IMG/VR virus record: IMGVR_UViG_3300030329_000759
Coordinates: 1-52,968 of that record
Reading direction: 5' to 3' (one strand)
Source: a virus
Lineage: Duplodnaviria > Caudoviricetes
Length of the DNA: 52,968 nt
Positions within the stretch are counted from its first letter, which is position 1. Every line of letters begins with the position of its first letter. Below the pieces are notes generated by a model, which was not told the DNA's origin, did not search any database, and saw only the letters and a program-made list of their open reading frames with translations. This document shows positions 46,931 through 52,968 of this stretch, in pieces. Position numbers and translations under genes: made by a program.

Positions 46931-47316
46931 TGAGTGTTGATTGGAGTAAATCTAAATATTTTAAACCTGATGAGTTTGTGTGTTCACATACAGGTAAATG
47001 TGATATGGATGTTATATTTATTGCTAAGTTAAATCAACTTAGAGAAATGTATGGAAAGCCTCTTACTATAAGCTCTGGGTATAGAGATGCAACACATCCT
47101 GTAGAAGCTGTAAAAAAATCTCCTGGAGCACATGCAACAGGACAAGCATGTGATATTTTAATAAATAGAGAGAGTGCATATAACTTACTGAAGATGGCTT
47201 TTAATGTAGGGTTTACAGGAATAGGAGTAAATCAAAAAGGAGGGGTAAGGTTTTTACATTTAGATACAATTAATAATTCACATAATAGACCAAGACCTAC
47301 TATATGGAGTTACTAG
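46930..47316 (+). CDS. Peptidase M15A endolysin
   Basis: ISSGYR, H..G.A.D, FLHLD. Confidence 0.88.
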   Translation: MSVDWSKSKYFKPDEFVCSHTGKCDMDVIFIAKLNQLREMYGKPLTISSGYRDATHPVEAVKKSPGAHATGQACDILINRESAYNLLKMAFNVGFTGIGVNQKGGVRFLHLDTINNSHNRPRPTIWSY

Positions 47317-47319
47317 ATT

Positions 47320-47508
47320 ATGGAAACAGAAAACATAAAACAAGTAGTTGATGGTTTGTCTATGGCTACTGTAGTGGGAACACTTGTTGATGTATTACCT
47401 GCTATTGCAGCAGGGTTTACTATTGTATGGACTCTTATAAGAATATATGAAACTAAAACAGTACAAAAGATTTTAGATGAATATCGTAACGAAGATAAAG
47501 AAGAATAA
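47320..47508 (+). CDS. Small membrane protein
   Basis: LPAIAAGFTIVWTLIRIYET. Confidence 0.65.
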   Translation: METENIKQVVDGLSMATVVGTLVDVLPAIAAGFTIVWTLIRIYETKTVQKILDEYRNEDKEE

Positions 47509-47510
47509 CT

Positions 47511-49616
47511 ATGACTATGCAAAATTCAAAACCAAGTGTAAGTGCTCCTTTAATGTATGAGAGAGATACATTTGTTAGAGAAGCACCTGTTACTTCAGTA
47601 ATTAGAGAAAAGATAGCTAGAAAAATAGGATATGACGGCCCTATGTCAGGGTATGACGAATTTTTAGCATCTTCATTATCTGCTCAAAGACTACATGCAC
47701 AAATGACACAAGGTGTTACATCTAAATTAGCAAGTGCAAAAGGTGGTATTGTTAAAAGAATGGCTCAAGGTGGATTAAGTATTGATGACTTGTATCAAGG
47801 TGTATTAGGTAGAGGTGCAGATGCATCAGGCAGAGATTTTTATACAAAGAAATTTGGTGACACTATTGATGCAAGTGAGGTAGATCAATTTGTACAAGCT
47901 GCAAAAGCATCACCTGAAGGTCAAGAAAAAGGAATATCTACAGAGTTTGTAGATGATTTAAAGGACAGGACTAAATTAAATAGACCTGATGTAGCACCTG
48001 TAGAAGCTGCACAAATAACAACAGATCCAAGGCAAGAAGTTAAATTTGATCCTATAAAACAAGAGGACATTAAAACTGTAGATCCTGCAAAAGCTGCTAC
48101 CTCAGAAACAATAAAAGCAGTTGATCCTAGAGATGCAGCAAAAGTAGATGTAGATAAAACTACTCCTAAAGTTACAGAGGAAGTTGAAAAATTAAAACCT
48201 GTTGTAGGAGATGTTAGACAAGAAGCTCAAGTACAAGCACAAACAGCAGATGTTAAAGCTACTGTATTAAAAAATGTTCAAGCTGCTGAAATAGATAAAG
48301 CAATACAAATTGACAATGTTCCAAAAAGAAAGTTACAAGCAGAAGAATTAATAAGTGGGCCATCTGTTAAATCAGCATTAGTAGAACAAAGTTTAGATAA
48401 GTTTCAAGCTGCACAAGCAGAGTTAGATCCTATGTCTACAGTACAAGGTCAGTTAGAAAATTTAACTAAAGACTTTGATGCTAAAAATCCTCCTGCTTGG
48501 GCAGCAGGTAGTTTAAGAAAAGCAACAGCAGTATTAAATCAAAGAGGTTTAGGTGCTTCTAGTTTAGCAGGGCAAGCTGTTATACAAGCAATATTTGAAC
48601 AAGCATTACCTATTGCACAATCTGATGCACAAACAGTTGCTAATTTAAATATACAAAATTTAAGTAATAGACAACAACGTGCTGTTATTGCAGGACAACA
48701 AAGAGCACAATTTTTAGGACAAGAGTTTGATCAAGCATTTCAAACTAGAGTAACTAATGCTGCAAGAATATCTGATATAGCAAATCAAAATTTTAATTCT
48801 GAAGTACAAGTGACATTAGAAAATGCAAGGTTAGCACAATCTGTTGATTTAGCTAATTTAAACAATAGACAGGCTGTTACTATGGCAACAGCAGCACAAA
48901 TGGCTAACTTAGAAACAACTAATTTAAATAATAGGCAACAAGCAGCAGTACAAAATGCACAATCTTTTTTACAAGTAGATATGAAAAATTTAGATTTTGC
49001 ACAGCAAACTAATTTATTTAAAACACAATCAGTTGTGCAATCTATATTAACTGATACTGCTGCCGAAAATGCTGCTAAACAATTTAATGCTACTAGTGAG
49101 AATCAAGTTAATCAATTTTATGATTCTATGAATGCACAAATAAGTCAGTTTAATGTTTCACAGAATAATGCATTAGAACAATTTAATGTTTCACAAACTA
49201 ACTCCATTAGACAATTTAATGCACAACAAAAAAATGCAGTAGCACAATTTAATGCTAGTAATGGTTTAGTTGTTAGTCAAGCTAATGCACAATGGAGGCA
49301 GCAGATTGCCACAGTAGATACTGCCACACAAAACCAAGTAAATCAATTTAATGCAGCTAATGCTTTAAATGTAACTATGCAAGAATATGAAAATGTTTGG
49401 CAAGAATACAGAGATCAAATGTCTTATGCTTGGGAAACATCAAATAATGAAGCTGACAGAATGAATAATTTAGCTTTGCAAATAATGACTAATGATGCAG
49501 CTATAGAAAAAGCTAAATACCAAATAAAAAAAGGTAATCAAGATGCAGCAGGTGTTTTCGTAGGCGAAGTAGCTAAGATTGCTATACCTAAAATAATTGA
49601 TAAATTACCCTTTTAG
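47511..49616 (+). CDS. Internal virion/ejection protein, Q/N/A-rich
   Basis: NL.NRQQ and QFN repeats; position; GG motifs near the N-terminus. Confidence 0.65.
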   Translation: MTMQNSKPSVSAPLMYERDTFVREAPVTSVIREKIARKIGYDGPMSGYDEFLASSLSAQRLHAQMTQGVTSKLASAKGGIVKRMAQGGLSIDDLYQGVLGRGADASGRDFYTKKFGDTIDASEVDQFVQAAKASPEGQEKGISTEFVDDLKDRTKLNRPDVAPVEAAQITTDPRQEVKFDPIKQEDIKTVDPAKAATSETIKAVDPRDAAKVDVDKTTPKVTEEVEKLKPVVGDVRQEAQVQAQTADVKATVLKNVQAAEIDKAIQIDNVPKRKLQAEELISGPSVKSALVEQSLDKFQAAQAELDPMSTVQGQLENLTKDFDAKNPPAWAAGSLRKATAVLNQRGLGASSLAGQAVIQAIFEQALPIAQSDAQTVANLNIQNLSNRQQRAVIAGQQRAQFLGQEFDQAFQTRVTNAARISDIANQNFNSEVQVTLENARLAQSVDLANLNNRQAVTMATAAQMANLETTNLNNRQQAAVQNAQSFLQVDMKNLDFAQQTNLFKTQSVVQSILTDTAAENAAKQFNATSENQVNQFYDSMNAQISQFNVSQNNALEQFNVSQTNSIRQFNAQQKNAVAQFNASNGLVVSQANAQWRQQIATVDTATQNQVNQFNAANALNVTMQEYENVWQEYRDQMSYAWETSNNEADRMNNLALQIMTNDAAIEKAKYQIKKGNQDAAGVFVGEVAKIAIPKIIDKLPF

Positions 49617-49631
49617 TAAGGACAAAATAAA

Positions 49632-49883
49632 ATGTTAAACATAGATAGCTATATTAAAAAAATAGAGGTAGAAGTTTTAGCTATATTAAGTGACGTTAAA
49701 AAAGAAAAGAAACCTAAAAAAGAAAAAAAAGAGTTAAAAGGTTTTATGTCACCAAAAAACAGTAAAGAAGATTCTAATGCTGAAGATAAAGAAACTGATA
49801 TAGCTAAGACTATGGCAAAGTATGTTGCTAAAATTCGTAAGAAAAGAATGGAATTAAAAAATGACGATACAACTAAGTCCTGA
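49632..49883 (+). CDS. Basic hypothetical protein
   Basis: ORF with AAGGA RBS. Confidence 0.6.
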   Translation: MLNIDSYIKKIEVEVLAILSDVKKEKKPKKEKKELKGFMSPKNSKEDSNAEDKETDIAKTMAKYVAKIRKKRMELKNDDTTKS

Positions 49884-50427
49884 TTTATTACAAGGCCCAA
49901 TACCTGGAATGTCTTTGACTAAAGAACCAGGTGAATATCCTTGGGAAAGACCTACTCAACTAACAACAGTTGAAGAAGCTGTTGAATATTATACCGATAG
50001 GGTTTTAAATTTTGAAACAGAAGATTCACTTTTAAAAGCTCTTGATAGTGGCATATCCATAGAAAGACTTTCTGAAATGTTGGCTGTTTCTTCTACTATG
50101 AATGGCATACATAATCTTGATGTTGGCATTTTAATTAATCCATACATAAGAGAGTTAATGAGATATGTTGCAGAAGATGCAGACGTAACATACATAGATT
50201 CTTACAAAGAAGAAGAACAAAAAAATAAAGTGCCTTATAGATTTATAAGAAAATATTTAGAAGAGTCACTAGAAGAAGAGCAACAACAATTACCTGAAGA
50301 TGCAAGCATGATGATGCAGGAAGAAACACCTGTCCAAAAAGGGTTAATGGCAAGACAACCAACACCTATGATGGAAGAGGAAGTAGAAGAGTTACCACAA
50401 GAAATGTCTGAAGAAGGAGTGCAATAA
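49861..50427 (+). CDS. Acidic virion-module protein
   Basis: PIPGMSLT.EP...PWERP. Confidence 0.7.
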   Translation: MTIQLSPDLLQGPIPGMSLTKEPGEYPWERPTQLTTVEEAVEYYTDRVLNFETEDSLLKALDSGISIERLSEMLAVSSTMNGIHNLDVGILINPYIRELMRYVAEDADVTYIDSYKEEEQKNKVPYRFIRKYLEESLEEEQQQLPEDASMMMQEETPVQKGLMARQPTPMMEEEVEELPQEMSEEGVQ

Positions 50428-51590
50428 TGAGTATATCTTCATTTCAAGCAGGGCTTATAAGATCTCTTGGAGAGGGCTTAAAAGAAGATAGACTTAGAGC
50501 AGAAGCAACTGCTGAGAAAAGAGCAGAGCAACATGCTTTAGAAGTAAGGGCAGCTAAATCAACAGAAAAAAAAATAAGAGTAGACTTAAAACGTAAAGTT
50601 GCAGAAATCAAAAGTATTGCAAAAAGTGCAAAAGTTAATTTAAGTCCTACAGTAGTATCTGCAATTATGGAAAATCCTAAGTTATTTGAAGAATATAAAA
50701 CTATTGCTAAAGATAGACCATCTAAATTACAAGACTTTGTAAAAGCAGATGGTGATGAAATTGTAGACGTTAAACAAAGAATAGAGTTAAATGCACAACA
50801 AGCATATAAAGATATTACAGGGTTTGTTGAACCAGCAGGTAGAACATTTATTCCAGGTTTAGATGTAGATACTTCTAGAATTACTGAACAGTATGCTGCT
50901 GAAGTAGGCATGACACCTGAAGAATTTAGAACAGTACAAGCAAAACAAACTATAGATCCCTTAGATATTCAAGTTGATAAATCTTTATTAAGTAAAGAAA
51001 CTCCTACTACTTTATTAGATAGAAGTGCTGTAACATTATTTAATGAAGTCACTAAACCAGATGGTGGAGATCCTGAAGTAATAAAAACAATACAAAAGGA
51101 AAGAGCACTTCTTAATAGTATGGGTGGAACTAAGAAACCTACTACTGCTGAAATAAGAGCAAGACTGAATCAAGCAATAGGAACATTTACTCAACTGACT
51201 GCTGGGAAAACAGGAAGTAGTGTTAAATTCATTGATGATGGGGCTGGTGGTAGACAATTAATTTTAGAGTTTACTGATCCAAAAGATGTAAATAAGCATT
51301 TAGGAGCTTTAGAATTAGCTGTAAGACCTATTTTAAATAGTACTTTAGGAATAACAGATAAAAGTGAAGAAGGCCCAATACTAGAAGATTTAAGAAGAGC
51401 AGCTAAAATAGATGGTGCATATAATTCCTATGTGGTTAATTTTATAGGATCAAATTATTTAAAACCTGGCCCATCAAAGGCTGAAAAATTAACTGATGGT
51501 GACAAAGGAAAGAGTAAAGATTATCAAGGTAATCTACTAAAATTAAAGAGTGGCAAAAATGTTAGCATTATGGATTTTAAAGAACAATGA
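50427..51590 (+). CDS. Putative internal virion protein
   Basis: 387-aa helical ORF before the largest gene. Confidence 0.6.
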   Translation: MSISSFQAGLIRSLGEGLKEDRLRAEATAEKRAEQHALEVRAAKSTEKKIRVDLKRKVAEIKSIAKSAKVNLSPTVVSAIMENPKLFEEYKTIAKDRPSKLQDFVKADGDEIVDVKQRIELNAQQAYKDITGFVEPAGRTFIPGLDVDTSRITEQYAAEVGMTPEEFRTVQAKQTIDPLDIQVDKSLLSKETPTTLLDRSAVTLFNEVTKPDGGDPEVIKTIQKERALLNSMGGTKKPTTAEIRARLNQAIGTFTQLTAGKTGSSVKFIDDGAGGRQLILEFTDPKDVNKHLGALELAVRPILNSTLGITDKSEEGPILEDLRRAAKIDGAYNSYVVNFIGSNYLKPGPSKAEKLTDGDKGKSKDYQGNLLKLKSGKNVSIMDFKEQ

Positions 51591-52868
51591 AATATACTTA
51601 TAATTTAAATGGTTTAAAGTTTGCTTCTGAAGAAGAATTAAATGAAGATGAACAACAAGAAGTTTTTGATACTTTTCAAAGACAACAATTAGAAACACAA
51701 CAACAACAAAATATTGTAAAAGAACCTGAATCTAAACTTGAAGATGTAGATGAAATTATTTTAAAAGAAACAAAGTATGATTCTATATTTAAAGAGGTAG
51801 GTAAAGAATACAATATAAATCCTCAACTGTTAAAATCTATAGCAAAACAAGAATCTAATTTTGATCCTAGTGCTGAAGGTGAAGATGGTGAAATAGGTAT
51901 GATGCAACTCATGCCTGTTATTAGTAACAAATACATACCCAATCAAAATCCAAATGATCCTAGAAATAATGTTATAGGTGCAGCTAAGTTTCTTCAGCAT
52001 TTAAAAAAGAAATATAACAATGATCCTAATAAAGTTCTTCAAGCATACAATGGTGGAGAAACTCTTTTAGATAAAAATCCTATGGGTGTAAAACAAACAC
52101 AGGATTACAGGGATAGTGTACTAAAAAATATTTCGGCTGCTCAACCATTTAAGCAACAAAAACAAGCACAGCCTATAGTAGGTTCTGCCACACCTGTAGA
52201 ACAACAAGAACCTGTAACTAATACATTTAAAATTAAGTACAATGATTTATATAAAAATCAAGATTACTTTGATCGAGTAGAAGATTATATGGTTTTTAGA
52301 TTTGGAAAAGATTATGAGTATGATAAAAAAGAAGAATCAAAAAAAGAATATGTAAGAAAATTTGCTACACATATAAGGGAAGTTTATTATAACAATATTG
52401 ATTTAACTCAGGAAGTGCTTTGGACAAGTAAAGCAAACAAAGCACAAAGAACAGCAGCAGGATATGCATTTACTTTATGGGAAGCTATACCAATTATAGA
52501 TGGAGGTTACAATAAATTTGAAGCATTTGCTGATATTGCTAATGCTTTAGCTTTTGATCCAATGACATACTTTGGGGCTATTGCAGGAAAAGCAGTAAGT
52601 GTAGCAGGTAGTAAAACTGCATTATCACTAGCAAGAAAACAACTTAATCAAAAAACACTTCTTAAAAATTTAAAACCAGGATTAAAAAATAAAGCAAAAA
52701 GAACAGAAATTAAAAATAAAATAAAAGAAGTTGACAAACAACTTAAATCACATGTAAGACAAAATAGAATTGCACAGTTTAGTACTGGTTTTGGAGTAGA
52801 AGGTTTATTCGGAAGTTATGCAGGAGGACTTGATGAAGCACTTGCTGTTCAACAATATAGAAAAGAAA
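51587..52868 (+). CDS. N-terminal part of large internal virion protein with lytic transglycosylase (SLT) domain
   Basis: Hand-translated IAKQESNF, GMMQLMP, QAYNGG; continues through the junction into 1-2753. Confidence 0.85.
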
Positions 52869-52968
52869 CTTTTGATAAATCTAATATTGTATTAAGAGGT
52901 GTAGTTACTGGTGCTCTTGGTGGGGTAAGTACTTTGCCTGGAATATTTTTTTCTAAGGAATTAAAAGA

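Noticed and set aside
52869-52968. 100-bp terminal repeat as a biological DTR
   Set aside because: It falls mid-gene and has a round length, consistent with assembly overlap; the mismatch is at the contig edge
1-52968. tRNA genes, reverse transcriptase/DGR, introns, inteins, alternative genetic code, phage RNA polymerase
   Set aside because: None recognised by eye; core genes are uninterrupted and tile densely under the standard code. tRNAscan-SE and HMM searches would be needed to exclude them fully

Overview
This window appears to be a complete, AT-rich tailed-phage genome of about 52,868 bp. The last 100 nt repeat the first 100 nt with one mismatch, so the contig closes into a circle, and one ~1344-aa gene spans the junction. 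The gene set matches HMO-2011-type podoviruses: a family A DNA polymerase with a DnaJ-type CxxCxGxG insertion, an integrase-primase-helicase-polymerase block, class I ribonucleotide reductase and no recognisable phage RNA polymerase. A ~770-bp non-coding control region (24220-24989) separates two divergent arms. The minus-strand arm (24219 to 2750) carries early/anti-defence and replication genes. The plus-strand arm (24990 to 52868, continuing at 1 to 2753) carries small basic proteins, packaging, head, tail, lysis and internal virion proteins. Most notable are (i) a recurring hydrophobic-x-x-GG peptide motif that is arrayed ~10 times in one basic protein and sits at the edges of apparent cargo modules (an HNH domain between 42-bp direct repeats, a DUF4214-like segment) in putative virion proteins; (ii) an overprinted alternative-frame ORF inside the C5 methyltransferase resembling the M.EcoHK31I beta polypeptide; (iii) a candidate structured ncRNA at ~17.4-17.6 kb; and (iv) a repeated RNA hairpin motif in the capsid and scaffold leaders. 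All calls come from reading motifs by eye; no searches were run and the host cannot be determined.
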